A stretch of DNA of 64,000 nt, from contig CP086569.2 in the NCBI GenBank assembly GCA_009914755.4, forward strand, positions 11,104,001-11,168,000, in the 5' to 3' direction. This DNA comes from the human T2T-CHM13v2.0 reference genome, Homo sapiens. Positions 1 to 13,089 of the stretch are shown in pieces. The notes beneath the pieces are model-generated. The model did no database searches. It had not been told where the DNA came from and saw nothing but the letters and a program-made list of their open reading frames with translations. Positions within the stretch are counted from its first letter, which is position 1, and every line of letters begins with the position of its first letter. A program made the translations under genes and the position numbers.

Positions 1-775
1 TACCATTCCGTTCCATTGTATTCGAATCCACTTTTTCCATTCCTTTCCAGTCCATTCCATTCCACTCCATTCTACTCCATTCCAGTCCACTCCATTCCAA
101 TCCACCTTACTCCAGTACAATCCACTCAAATCAACTCCATTCCACTCCATTCCATTCCTTTCCATTCCCTTCCATTCCATTCCACTGCATTCCGATCCAC
201 TGCACTGAACTCCACTCCACTCCACTCCATTCTGTACCATTTGATTCCGTTCCATTCTATTCAATTTCATTCCATTCTACTCCACTCCATTCCATTCCAC
301 TTTATTACATAACATTCCACTCCACTCCACTCTATTCCATTCCATTCTATTCTGTGCACTCCGATCCATTCCACTGAACTCCATTCCACTCCATTCTATT
401 CAGTTCCATTCCGTTCCGTTCCGTATCATTCCTTTCCACTCCATTCCATGCCACTTCACTCCATTCCACTCTACTCATCCAGTCCATTCAATTACACTCC
501 ATTCCATTCCATTACACTTTGTTCCATTACACTCCATTCTACACCATTCCAATCCATTCCACTCCACTCCATTCCAGTCCTCTCCATTCCACTCTACTCA
601 ACTCCATTCCACTCCATTCAATTCCATTCCACTCCATTCCATTACTTTAAATTCCAACCCATTCTCCTCCACTCCATTGCACTTCATTTCGTTAGACTCC
701 TCTCCACTTCGTTCCACTCCATTCCATTCCACTCCACTCCATTGCATTTCATTCTACTCCATTCCATTCTGTAAG

Positions 776-838
776 TTTATTTCGACTGGATCTCACCCTG
801 TCACCCACACTGGAGTGCAGTGGCACAATCTTAGCTTA
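776..838 (-). mobile_element. Alu 3'-end-derived fragment (antisense), variant A
   Basis: tttatttcgactggatctcaccctgtcacccacactggagtgcagtggcacaatcttagc matches the reverse complement of Alu ...GAGACGGAGTCTCGCTCTGTCGCCCAGGCTGGAGTGCAGTGGCGCGATCTCGGCTCAC with all CpGs decayed. Confidence 0.8.
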
Positions 839-927
839 TATTTCATTCCACCGTTCCATTGCATTCCACTCCACTCCAGTCCGCTCCACTCCATTCCATT
901 GCATTCTTCTCCATTCCATTCCATATA

Positions 928-991
928 TTTATTTTGACCGGATCACACTATGTCAACCATACTGGAATGAAGTGGCACAATCTTAGCTCAC
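928..991 (-). mobile_element. Alu 3'-end fragment, variant A (diverged)
   Basis: atttattttgaccggatcacactatgtcaaccatactggaatgaagtggcacaatcttagctcac. Confidence 0.7.
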
Positions 992-1899
992 TTTTCATTT
1001 CACCTTTCCATTCCATTCCATTCCATTCCACTTCATTCCACTCCATTCCACTCCACTCCAATCCACTCGACTTCATTCCATTCAATTCCACTCCAATCTA
1101 CTCCATTCCACTTCACTCCTTTCCATTCCACTCCAATCCACACCATTGCTTTTCACTCCACTACAATCAATTCCATTCCATTTCATTAAATTCCAATCTT
1201 TTGCATTCCATTCCATTCCATTCCATTCCATTGCATTCCATTCCATTCCATTCCTTTCCACTCCATTATATTCCATTCAACTCCATTGCGGTCCATTTTT
1301 CTCCACTACACTCCATGCCAATCCACTCCACTCAACTACACAGCACTCCACTCCATTCCATTCCACTCCACTCCATTCTATCCCATTCCATTCCATTCCA
1401 TTCCATTCCATTCCATTAAATTCCATTCCATTCTACTCTACTCCTATCCATTTCACTCCACTCCGCTCCACTTCACTCAGTTCCATTCCATTCCATTATA
1501 TTCCATTCCATTCCATTACGTTCCATTACATTATATTCCACTCCACTCGATTCCATTCCACTCCATTCCCCTCCATTCCACTGCACTCCACTCCACTCCA
1601 CTCCCATCTACTCCATTCCATAGCACTCCATTCCATTCCAGTGTACTCCAATCCACTCCACAGAACTGTACTCCACTTCACTCCTTTCCATTCCGTTCCG
1701 TTCCATTCCATTCCTTTTGATTCCACTGCTTTCCCTTTCATGCCACTCCACTCCACTCCGATTCATTTCACTCCTTTCCACTCCATGCCACTCCATTCCT
1801 CTCCACTCCACTCCGCTACACTACACTCCACTACATTCCACTCCATTTCACTCTATTCCATTGCATTCCAATTCTTTCCACTCCATTTCACTCCCCTCC

Positions 1900-2700
1900 A
1901 GTACACACCACTCCACTCCATTCTATTCCACTTCTCTCCATTCCATTCCATTCCCTTCCATTCCATTCCACTGCACTCCGATCCACTCCACTCCACTCCA
2001 CTCTACTCCATTGCAGTCCATTACATGTGATTCCATTACACTCCATTCCACTTCTCTCCACTCCACTGCACTCTACTCCACTCCATTCCACTCCATCCCA
2101 TTCCATTCCACTCCATTCCACTGCACTCGTCTTCACCCAATATCTCTCCACCTCATTCCATTCCATTCCATTCCACTGCCCTCCACCACATTCCACTCCA
2201 CTTCACTCCACTCCACTCCACTCTACTCCAGCACACTCCATTCCATTCCATTCTATTCCATTCCATTCCATTCCATTTTATCCTATTCCATTCCTTTCCA
2301 ATCCATTCCATTCCATTCCTTTGCTTTCCATTCCATTCCATTCCATTAAATTCCTTTCCACTCTATTCTCTTCCATTCCACTCCATTCCATTCCACTCCT
2401 CTCCATTCTATTCCAGCCCATTGCACTCCTCTCTACTCCATTCCATTCCATTCCATTCCATTCCACTTCACTGCACTCCATTCCATTCCATTCCTTTCCA
2501 TTCCAGTCCATTCCCCTCTACTCCATTCCTTTCCAATCCATTCCTCTCGACTGCACTCCATTCCATTCCACTCCACTCCTTTCCATTCCATTCCACTCCA
2601 CTCCACTCTACTCCACTCCATTCCACTCCACTCCATTCCATTCTATTCCATTCGATTCCACTGAACTCCATTCCATTCCATTCCATTCCATTCCATTCCA
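1900..2700. repeat. Dispersed paralogue (about 0.8 kb) of the 9,700-13,030 HOR unit.
   Basis: ccattacatgtgattccatt...cactcgtcttcacccaatatctctccacctc at about 2,020-2,160 and cattcctttgctttccattccattccattccattaaattcctttccactctattc at about 2,300-2,360 match the 10,400-10,560 and 9,750-9,810 segments. Confidence 0.7.
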
Positions 2701-3495
2701 TTCATTCCATTCATTCCATTCCATTCCTCTCCATTCCATTCCTTTCCATTCCATTCCATTGCACTTCACTCCAATCCACTTCAATCAAATACAGTCTACT
2801 CCACTCCACCCCACTCTGTTCTGTTCAATTCCATTCCAGTCCGTTCCATTCAATTCCCTTCCATTACATTTCATTCTATTCCACTCCACTCCATTCCATT
2901 CTCCTCCATTCCACACCATTCCTCTCCACTCCACTGCACTCCACTTCACTAAATTCCACTCTACTCCACTCTATTCCATTCCACTCCACTCCAATCTATT
3001 CTACTCCATTACACTCCGATCCACTCCACTCCACTCCCCTCTGCTATACTCCAGTCCATTCCATTCTGTTCCATTCCATTCCATTCCACTACATTCCAAT
3101 GCACTCCACTCAGTTCTACTCCACTCCATTTCACAACATTCCACTCCATTCCACTCCACTCCACTCTACTCCACTCTCCTCTACTCCATTCCATTCCATT
3201 TACTACGTTCCATTTCATTTCTCTCCATTCCATTGCATTTCAATCCTTTCCATTCCATTCCATTCTTTTCCACTCAATTCCACTCCATTCCATACCACTC
3301 CACTCCATTCTTTTTCACTCCACTCCATTCTTTTTCACTCCACTCCATTCCACTCCATTCCATTCCATTCTACTTCATTGCATTCCAATCCGTGCCACTC
3401 CATTGCCTTCCACTCCATTCCCTGTACTGCATTCAACAGCTCTCCACTCTATGCAACTCTATTCCTTTCCATTCTACTCCATTCCTTTCCATTTC

Positions 3496-3559
3496 TTTAT
3501 TTCGACTGGATGTAATTCTGTCACTCAGACTGGAGTGCAGTGGCACAATCTCAGCTCAC
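3496..3559 (-). mobile_element. Alu 3'-end fragment, variant A/C
   Basis: tttatttcgactggatgtaattctgtcactcagactggagtgcagtggcacaatctcagctcac. Confidence 0.8.
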
Positions 3560-4736
3560 ATTTCCTTTCAACATTGCACTCCATTAAATACCTTTGCATA
3601 CCACTGAACTCATTTCCACTCCACTCCACTCCATTCAATTCCAATCCACTGCACTAAAATCAAATCCACTCATCTCCACTTCTGTCCACCCAACTCCACT
3701 CCATTCCATTGCATTCCTTTCCATTGTGTTCCGTTTTGTTCCATTCCACTGCATTCTATTCCATTACACACCATTCCACTCTACTCCGTTTCACTCCATT
3801 CCATTCCATTTCACTCAAGTCCACTCCACTCCTCTTCACTCTGGTCCGTTACATTCCATTTGATTCGATTCGATTCCATTCGATTCCATTCAATTCCATT
3901 CCACTCCGATCAACTCCAATCAACTCGACTCCACTCCACTCCGTTCCATTCCATTCCATTCCATTCCACTGCACTCTAATCTACTCCTCTCAACTCCTTT
4001 CCTTTCAATTCCACTCCATTACATTTCATTCCACTCCACTCCTTTCTACGCCACTCCATTTCACTACATTCCTCTCCATTCTAATCTATTCCACTCCACT
4101 CATCTCCTTTCCATTCCATTCCATTTCATTCCATTCTTCTGCACTCCAATCCTCTCCACTCAACTCTTCTCCACTCCAAACCCTTTGATTCTGTTCCATT
4201 CCATTCTATTCTGTTCCATTGCATTCCATTCTAATCCTCCCCATTCCTTTCCACTCCTCTGCACTCCACTCCACTACCCTCCACCCCATTCCCTTCCATT
4301 CCTTTCTATTCCAGGACACTTCAGTCCAATCCACTCCACTCCACTCCACTCCATTCCGTTGCATTCCCTTTTGTAACGTTCCGTTCCATTCCATTAAACT
4401 CCATACCATTCCACTCCACTCCAGTCCACTCCACTGCATCCAAGTCAATTCAATTCCACTCAATTCTATTCCATTCCACTCTGTTCTATTTCATTCCATT
4501 CCACTCCATTCCACTACCTTCCAATCCACTCGATTCCCCTACTCTCCATTCCACTCCACTCAACTCCATTCCATTCCATTGTACTACATTTCCTTCCTTT
4601 CCATTCCACTCCGTTCCACTCCATTATCCTCCAGTCCATTCCACTTCATTCCTTTAGACACCATTCCACTCCATTCCACGCTATTCCATTCCACTATACT
4701 CCAATCCTTTCCATTCTACTCCATTCCATTCCGAAA

Positions 4737-4801
4737 CTTTATTTCGACTGGATCTCACTCTGTCACTCAGACGGTAGTGCAGTAGCACAATCTTTGGTCA
4801 C
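4737..4801 (-). mobile_element. Alu 3'-end fragment, variant A
   Basis: ctttatttcgactggatctcactctgtcactcagacggtagtgcagtagcacaatctttggtcac. Confidence 0.8.
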
Positions 4802-4958
4802 ATTTCATTTCACCATTCCATTCCATTCCATTCCATTCCATTCCATTCCATTCCATTCCATTCCATTCCAATCTACTCCACACCACTCCACTCTATTCCA
4901 CTACATTTCATTCCAATCTACTCCATTCCATTCCATTCCACTCCATTCCATTCCATAA

Positions 4959-5023
4959 CTTTATTTCGACTGGCTCTCACTCTGTCACCCAGACTGGAAT
5001 GTAGTGGCACAATCTTAGCTCAC
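4959..5023 (-). mobile_element. Alu 3'-end fragment, variant A
   Basis: ctttatttcgactggctctcactctgtcacccagactggaatgtagtggcacaatcttagctcac. Confidence 0.8.
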
Positions 5024-5344
5024 TTTTCATTTCCCCTTTCCGTTACATTCCATTCCACTTCATTCCATTCCATTCCATTTCATGCCATTCCACTCCAATC
5101 TACTCCACTACAATCCACTCCACTTCACTCCATTCTGTTCCACTTCATTCCACTTCAATCCAGTCCACTCCATTCCATTCCACTCCAATCAACTGCATTG
5201 CTTTACACTCCACTCAATTCTATTCCACTCCATTCCATTCAATTTCACTCCAGTCCATTCTATTCTATTGCACTCTACTCAACTCCACTCCACTCCACAA
5301 CACTACACTCCATTCCATCCCATTTTGCTCCATTCCATTCCATT

Positions 5345-5410
5345 CCTTTATTTCGACTGGATCTCACTCTGTCACCAAGATCAGAGTGCAGTGGCAGAGT
5401 CTTAGCTCAC
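5345..5410 (-). mobile_element. Alu 3'-end fragment, variant A
   Basis: ctttatttcgactggatctcactctgtcaccaagatcagagtgcagtggcagagtcttagctcac. Confidence 0.8.
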
Positions 5411-6026
5411 ATTTCATTCCACCATTCCACTCCACTCCACTCCATTCCATTCCACTCCACTCCATTCCATTCCACTCCACTCCATTCCATCCCATTCCAT
5501 TCCATTCCACTCCATTCCATTCCATTCCACTCAACTTCATTGTTTTTCACCCCACTCAATTCTATTCCACTCCATTCCATTCCATTTCACTCCAGTCCAT
5601 TCGATTCCATTCCATTCCACTCCACTCCATGCTATTCCATTTGGCACCATTCTATTCCTTTCCAATGCACTGCACTCCAATTCACTCCACACCATGCTAC
5701 TCCATTCCATTCCACTCCACTCCACTCCACTACAATCCATTCCCTTCCATTCCAGTCCACTCCATTCCATTCCTTTCCATTCCATTCCATTCTGTTCCAC
5801 TCCATTCCTTTCCGTTCCATTCCATTCTATTCCATTGCATTGCATTGAATTCCATTGCATTCCATTCCTTTGAATTCCACTGCACTCTGATCCACTTCAG
5901 TCAACTCCCTTCCATTCCTCTCCACTCCATTCATCTCCACTCTTTCCACTCCACTCCACCCCATTCCACTCCATTCTATTCAACTCCACTCCTTTTCATT
6001 CTATTCTACTCCATTCCATTGCAATC

Positions 6027-6091
6027 CTTTATTTTGAGTGGATCTCACTCTGTCACCAGGACTGGAGTGAAGTGGTACTATTTTAGCTCAC
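6027..6091 (-). mobile_element. Alu 3'-end fragment, variant A
   Basis: ctttattttgagtggatctcactctgtcaccaggactggagtgaagtggtactattttagctcac. Confidence 0.75.
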
Positions 6092-7232
6092 ATTTCATTT
6101 CACCATTCCATTCCATTCCACTCCATTCCACTCCACTCCACTCCACTCCGTTCCACTCCTCTCCATTTCATTCCACTCATCTCCATTCCATTCCACTCCA
6201 CTCCACTCCGTTCCTCTCCACTCCATTCCATTTCATTCCATACCATTCCATTCATATCCACTCCATTCCATTCCACTCCAATCATCTCCATTTCTTTTCA
6301 TTCCACTCAATTGTATTCCACTCCATTCTATTCCATTTCACTCCAGTCCATTTCATTCCTCTCCACTCCATTCTATTCCATTTGACACCGTTCCATTCCA
6401 TACCACTCCACTGCTCTCCAATTCACTCCAAACTATGCCACTCCATTCCATTCCACTCCACTCCACTACACTGCAATCCGTTCTCTTCCATTCCACTCTA
6501 TTGCATTCCATTCCATTTCATTACATTCCATTCCTGTACATTGCATTCCATTCCATTCCTTTCAGTTCCACTGCACTCTGATCCACTTCAGTCAACTCCT
6601 CCCCACTCCACTCCATTCAACTCCACTCCTTTCCACTCCACTCCATTCCATTCCACTCCACTCCCATACATTACAATCCATTCCCTTCCATTCCACTCCA
6701 ATCAATTCCATTCCATTCCATTCCATTCCATTCCATTCCATTCCATGCCATGCCATGCCATGCCATTCCATTCCATTCCATTCCATTCCATTCCATTCAA
6801 ATCCTTTCAATTCCACTGCAGTCTGATCCACTTCAGTCAACTCCTCCCCACTCCACTCCATTCAACTCCACTCCTTTCCACTCCACTCCATTCCATTCCA
6901 CTCCACTCCCATACATTACAATCCATTCCCTTCCATTCCACTCCAATCAATTCCATTCCATTCCATTCCATTCCATTCCATTCCATTCCATGCCATGCCA
7001 TGCCATGCCATTCCATTCCATTCCATTCCATTCCATTCCATTCCATTCCATTCCATTCAAATCCTTTCAATTCCACTGCAGTCTGATCCACTTCAGTCAA
7101 CTCAACTCCATTCCATTCAACTCCACTCCTTTCCAATCCACTCCAATCCATTCCACCCCACTTCACCCAATTCCACTCCATTCCATTCCACTCCCCTACT
7201 TTTCATTCTATGCTACTCCATTCCATTCCTTT

Positions 7233-7298
7233 CATTTATTTCGACTGGATCTCACTCTGTCACACAGACTAGAGTGCAGTGGCACAATCTTAGATCAC
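7233..7298 (-). mobile_element. Alu 3'-end fragment, variant A
   Basis: catttatttcgactggatctcactctgtcacacagactagagtgcagtggcacaatcttagatcac. Confidence 0.8.
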
Positions 7299-7673
7299 AT
7301 TTCATTTCACCATTCCATTGCATTCCTTTCCACTCCACTCAATTCCATTCCATTCCAGTCCTTTCCACTCCACTCAACTCTACTCCAGTCCACTCCTTTC
7401 CATTCTGCTCCATTCCGTTCTGTTCCATTCCACTCCATTCCTTTCTATTCCGTTCCCTTCCATTATATTCCATTCCATTAAATTCCATTCCATTCCATTC
7501 CATTCCATTCCATTCCATTCCATTCCATTCCATTCCATTCCACTGCAATCCAATCCACTTCACTCAACTCCACTTCACTCCAGTCCACTCGGTTATCATC
7601 CATTCCATTCCATTCCATTCCACTGCATTCCATTCCATTCCATTTCATTCCACTGCATTCCATTCCATTGCTT

Positions 7674-7730
7674 TCCTCGAAAATATCTCACTCTGTCACC
7701 CAGCCTGGAGTGCTGTGGCACAATGTCAGC
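7674..7730 (-). mobile_element. Alu 3'-end fragment (5' part diverged)
   Basis: tcctcgaaaatatctcactctgtcacccagcctggagtgctgtggcacaatgtcagc. Confidence 0.75.
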
Positions 7731-8680
7731 TTTCATTTCACTTCGCCTGTCCATTCAAATCCATTCTATTCTCTTCCATTCCATTCCACTCCACTAGACT
7801 CCACTCCAGTCAATTCCACTCCACTCCACTTCAATCCATTCCAGTACACTCCACTCATTTCCTTCCAATCCAATTCCATTGCACTCCTTCCCACTCCACT
7901 GCACTCCACTCCATTCCATTCCATTCCATTGCAATCCACTGCACTCCACTCCACTCAAATCCATTTTACTCATTACATTTCTGTTCCCCTCCATTCCATT
8001 CCATTCCACTCCATTCCACTCTACTCCATTGCAGTCTACTCCATTCCACTCCACTCCATTCCACTCCACTCCACTCCAATCCAGTACATTCCTTTCCACT
8101 TTACTTCATTCCACTACACTGCACTCCATTCCACACCACTCCACTCCATTCCATTCCTGTCTATTCCACTCCATTGCAGTTCAATCCCCTCCATTGTATT
8201 CCACGACACTCCGTTCCACTCCACTCCACTCCTTTCCACTCCACTCCACTCCATTTCATTCCATTCCATTCCACCCCACTACACTCGAAACAACTATACT
8301 CCTTTCCATTGCATTCCATTCCATTCCATTCCATTCCATTCCATTCCATTGCATTCCATTCCACTCCACATCACTCCACTCCACTCCACTCCATTCCACT
8401 TCACTCCACTGTACTCCACTCCACTTCACCCCACAACACTCCATTCCATTTCACTCCACTCCACTTCATTCCACTCCACTCTATTCCATTCCACTCCAAT
8501 CTATTCCATTCCATTCCATTCCATTCAAACCCGTTCCATTCCACTGCACTCCATTCCATACCACTCCACTCCACTCCATTACACCCCATTCCATTCCGTT
8601 CCACTCCAATTCAGTCCACTCCTCTCCACTCTCCTGCCTTCCACTCCATTCCATTCCACTACATTCAATTTCATTCATTT

Positions 8681-8741
8681 CTTTACACAAGATCTCTCTC
8701 TGTCACAAAGGCTGGAGTGCAGTGGCACAATATCAGCTCAG
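8681..8741 (-). mobile_element. Alu 3'-end fragment, variant C
   Basis: ctttacacaagatctctctctgtcacaaaggctggagtgcagtggcacaatatcagctcag. Confidence 0.75.
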
Positions 8742-9018
8742 TTTACTTTTCACTATTCCTTTGCATTCCATTCCATCCCATTTCATTCCACACTTTCTCA
8801 CTCCATTCCACTCCACTCCATTTCAATACATCCCAGTCCATTCGACTCCATTCCACTCCACTCCTTTCCACTCTTTTCCACTCCACTTCACTCCATTCCA
8901 ATCCATTCCATTCCATTCCATTCCACTCCATTTCATTCCATTCCATTCCATTCCATTCCATTCCATTCCATTCCATTCCATTCCATTCCATTCCATTTCT
9001 CATCATTGAATTCCATTC

Positions 9019-9083
9019 CTTTCTTTCGACACGATATCACTGTGTCACCCAGGCTAAAGTGCAGTGGCATAATCTCAGCTCAC
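9019..9083 (-). mobile_element. Alu 3'-end fragment, variant B (followed by a GCATT tract)
   Basis: cctttctttcgacacgatatcactgtgtcacccaggctaaagtgcagtggcataatctcagctcac, followed by attacatgacaactttccattgcattg. Confidence 0.8.
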
Positions 9084-9180
9084 ATTACATGACAACTTTC
9101 CATTGCATTGCCTTCTATTCTATTACATCACATTATATTGCATAGCTTTGCATTGCGTTGCATTGCATTGCATTCCATAC
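9084..9180. repeat. (GCATT)n/(CATTG)n variant tract downstream of an Alu-fragment variant B.
   Basis: attacatgacaactttccattgcattgcc...cattgcgttgcattgcattgcattcc. The same composite structure recurs at 16,525-16,625, 17,651-17,745, 18,147-18,232 and 19,685-19,800. Confidence 0.7.
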
Positions 9181-9699
9181 CATTCCATTCCATTCCATAC
9201 CATTCCATTGCATTCCACTCCATTCTATTCCATTCCAATCCACTCCTATTCACTCCACTCCACTCCAATCCAATCCAATCCATTCCATTCCATTAAAATC
9301 TACTCCATTCACCTCAATTCCACTAAACTCTACTCCACTCTTCTCCACTCTACTCCACTCCAATCCATTCCATTCCATTCCATTCCACTCCATTCTCCTC
9401 CATTACACTCCATTATACTCCATTCCATTCAACTTCACTCCACTCCACTCCACTCCACCTCATTCCATTCCCGTTCACTACACTTCACTCAATTCCACTC
9501 CATTCCCCTCCAATCCATTCCATTCCAATCCACTCCACACGACTCCACTCCACTCCATTCCATTGGATTCTATTCCACTCCGCTCCACACAATTTCATCC
9601 CATTCCACTCCATTCATTTCCACTCCACTCCACCTCACTCTAGTCCACCCCACTCCAATCCACTGCATTCCATTCCATTCCAGTGCAATCCACTCCACT

Positions 9700-12600
9700 C
9701 AAATCAATCCCACTCCTCTTCTCTACTCCCTTCCATTTCATTCCATTCCATTCCATTCCATTCCTTTGCTTTCCATTCCATTCCATTCCATTAAATTCCT
9801 TTCCACTCTATTCCCTTCCATTCCACTCCATTCCATTCCACTCCTCTCCATTCCATTCCAGCCCATTGCACTCCTCTCTACTCCAGTCCATTCCATTCCA
9901 TTCCACTTCACTGCACTCCATTCCATTCCATTCCTTTCCATTCCAGTCCATTCCCCTGTACTCCATTCCTTTCCAATCCATTCCTCTCGACTGCACTCCA
10001 TTCCCTTCCCTTCCATTCCCTTCCTTTCCATTCCATTCCATTCTATTCCTTTCCACTCCACTGCACTACACTCCATTCCTTTCCATTTCACTCCAATCCA
10101 ATCCACTCCATTCCACTACACTTTTCTTATTTCCTTTCCACTTCCTCCATTCTATTCCTCTCCATTCCATTCCATTCCATTCCATTCCATTCCATTCCAT
10201 TCCATTCCATTCTCTCCACTCTATTACATTCCACTCCACTACATTTCATTCCATTTCACTCCACTCCCCTCCACTCCATTAACCTAAACCCCACTACTCT
10301 CCACTCCATTCTTTTCCACTTCTCTCCATTCCATTCCATTCTCTTCCATTCCATTCCACTGCACTCCGATCCACTCCACTCCACTCCACTCTACTCCATT
10401 GCATTCCGTTACATGTGATTCCATTCCACTCCATTCCACTTCTCTCCACTCCACTGCACTCTACTCCACTCCATTCCACTTCATCCCATTCCATTCTACT
10501 CCATTCCACTGCACTCGTCTTCACCCAATATCTCTCCACCTCATTGCATTCCATTCCATTCCACTGCCCTCCACCCTATTCCACTCCACTTCAGTCCACT
10601 CCACTCCACTCTACTCCAGTACACTCCATTCTATTCCATTCCATTCCTTTCTATCCTATTCCATTCCTTTCTAATCCATTCCATTCCATTCATTTGCTTT
10701 CCGTTCCATTCCATTCCATTAAATTCGTTTCCACTCTATTCCATTCCATTCCACTCCTCTCCATCCCATTCCAGCCCATTGCTCTCCTCTCTACTCCATT
10801 CCATTCCATTCCATTCCATTCCATTCCATTCCATTCCATTACATTCCACTCCACTGCACTCCATTCCATTCCCTTCCATTCCCTTCCATTCCATTCCATT
10901 CCGTTCCATTCAATTCCATTCTATTCCTTTCCACTCCACTGCACTACACTCCATTCCATTCCATTTCACTCCCACCCAATCCACTCCATTCCACTACACT
11001 TCTCTTATTTCCTTTCCATTTCCTCCATTATATTCCTCTCCATTCCATTCCGTTCCATTCCATTGAATTCCATTCCATTCCATTCCACTCCGTTCCATTC
11101 TCTCCACTCTATCACATTCCACTCCACTACATTCCATTTCATTTCACTCCACTCCCTGCCACTCCATTAACCTAAACCCCACGACTCTCAACTCCATTCT
11201 ATTCCACTCCATTCCATTCCATTCCATTCCATTCCACTGCACTCCGATCCACTCCACTCTACTCCATTGCATTCCGTTATATGTGATTCCATTCCACTCC
11301 ATTCCACTTCTCTCCACTCCACTGCACTCTACTCCACTCCATTCCACTCTATCCCATTCCATTCTACTCCATTCCACTGCACTCGTCTTCACCCAATATC
11401 TCTCCACTTCATTCCATTCCATTCGATTCCACTGCCCTCCACCCCATTCCACTCCACTTCACTCCACTCCACTCCACTCTACTCCAGTACACTCCATTCC
11501 CTTCCATTCCATTCCATTCCATTCCATTCAATTCTATCCTATTCCATTCCTTTCTAATCCATTCCATTCCTTTGTATTCCATTCCATTAAATTCCTTTCC
11601 ACTCTATTCCATTCCATTCCACTCTGTTCCATTCCACTCCTCTCCATTCCATTCCAGCCCATTGCACTCCTCTCTACTCCAGTCAATTCCATTCCATTCC
11701 ACTGCACTGCACTCCATTCCATTCCATTCCATTCCATTCCATTCCATTCCATTCCATTCCTTTCCATTCCAGTCCATTCCCCTCTACACCATTCCTTTCC
11801 AATCCATTCCTCTTGACTGCACTCCATTCCATTCCCTTCCATTCCCTTCCATTCCATTCCATTCCATTCCATTCCATTCCATTCCATTCCATTCCATACC
11901 ATTCTGTTCCTTTCCACTCCACTGCACTACACTCCATTCCATACCATTCCACTCCCATCCAATCCACTCCATTCCACTACACTTCTCTTATTTCCTTTCC
12001 ACTTCCTCCATTCTATTCCTCTCCACTCCATTCCATTGCATTCCAATCCATTCCACTCCATTCCATTCTCTCCACTCTATTACATTCCACTCCACTACAT
12101 TCCATTCCATTTCTCTCCACTCCCCTGCACTCCATTAACCTAAACCCCACGACCCTCCACTCCATTCTGTTCCACTTCTCTCCATTCCATTCCATTCCAT
12201 TCTCTTCCATTCCATTCCACTGCACTCCGATCCACTCCACTCCACTCCACTCTACTCCATTGCATTCCGTTACATGTGATTCCATTCCACTCCATTCCAC
12301 TTCTCTCTACTCCACTGCACTCTACTCCACTCCATTCCACTCTAACCCATTCCATTCTACTCCATTCTACTGCACTCGTCTTCACCCAATATCTCTCCAC
12401 CTCATTCCATTCCAATCCATTCCACTGCCCTCCACCCCATTCCATTCCACTCCACTTCACTCCACTGCACTCCACTCTACTCCAGTACTCTCCATTCCGT
12501 TCCATTCCATTCCATTCCATTTTATCCTATTCCATTCCTTTCCAATCCATTCCATTCCATTCCTTTGCTTTCCATTCCATTCCATTCCATTAAATGCCTT

Positions 12601-13030
12601 AACACTCTATTCCATTCCATTGCACTCCATTCCATTCCACTCCTCTCCATTCCATTCCAGCCCATTGCACTCCTCTTTACTCCAGTCTATTCCATTCCAT
12701 TCCATTTCACTCCTCTGCACTCCATTCCATTCCATTCCATTCCAGTCCATTCCCCTCTACTCCATTCCTTTCCAATCCATTCCTCTCGACTGCACTCCAT
12801 TCCATTCCCTTCCATTCCATTCCATTCCATTCCATTCCATTCCATTCCATTCCATACCATTCTATTCCTTTCCACTCCACTGCACTACACTCCATTCCTT
12901 TCCATTTCACTCCCATCCAATCCACTCCATTCCACTACACTTCTGTTATTTCCTTTCCACTTCCTCCATTCTATTCCTCTCCATTCCATTCCATTCCATT
13001 CCATTCCATTCCATTCCATTCCATTCCTTC
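9700..13030. repeat. Local HSat3 higher-order repeat, about 0.88-1.0 kb unit, about 3.5 copies, with no Alu fragment inside it.
   Basis: Marker ttaaattc(c/g)tttccactctattcc at 9,791, 10,711, 11,587 and 12,588. Marker taacctaaaccccac at about 10,281, 11,168 and 12,137. Marker ccgtta(c/t)atgtgattcc at about 10,405, 11,275 and 12,270. The ORF track shows near-identical translated peptides in the successive copies. Confidence 0.8.
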
Positions 13031-13089
13031 CTCGAGAGTATCTCACTCTGTCACCCAGCCTGGATTGCCGTGACACAATATCAGCTCTC
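13029..13089 (-). mobile_element. Alu 3'-end fragment, variant C. It terminates the 9.7-13.0 kb HOR.
   Basis: tcctcgagagtatctcactctgtcacccagcctggattgccgtgacacaatatcagctctc. Confidence 0.75.

Larger units (their letters stand above)
5860..7300. repeat. Four tandem copies of a 245-260 bp HSat3 sub-repeat. The two central copies (6,556-6,798 and 6,799-7,058) are near-identical and carry a (CCATG)4 pentamer variant.
   Basis: The string ...ttccactgca(c/g)tctgatccacttcagtcaactcc... starts copies at about 5,872, 6,556, 6,799 and 7,070. ccatgccatgccatgccatgcc occurs at 6,727-6,750 and 6,980-7,005. ORFs 6592..6861(-) and 6837..7181(-) share an identical stretch of about 69 aa. Confidence 0.85.

Noticed and set aside
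10281-12151. The taacctaaacccc motif at about 10,281, 11,168 and 12,137 looks telomere-like (CCCTAA)
   Set aside because: It is a single degenerate hexamer per HOR copy, not a (TTAGGG)n tract. It is a pentamer variant, not interstitial telomeric sequence.
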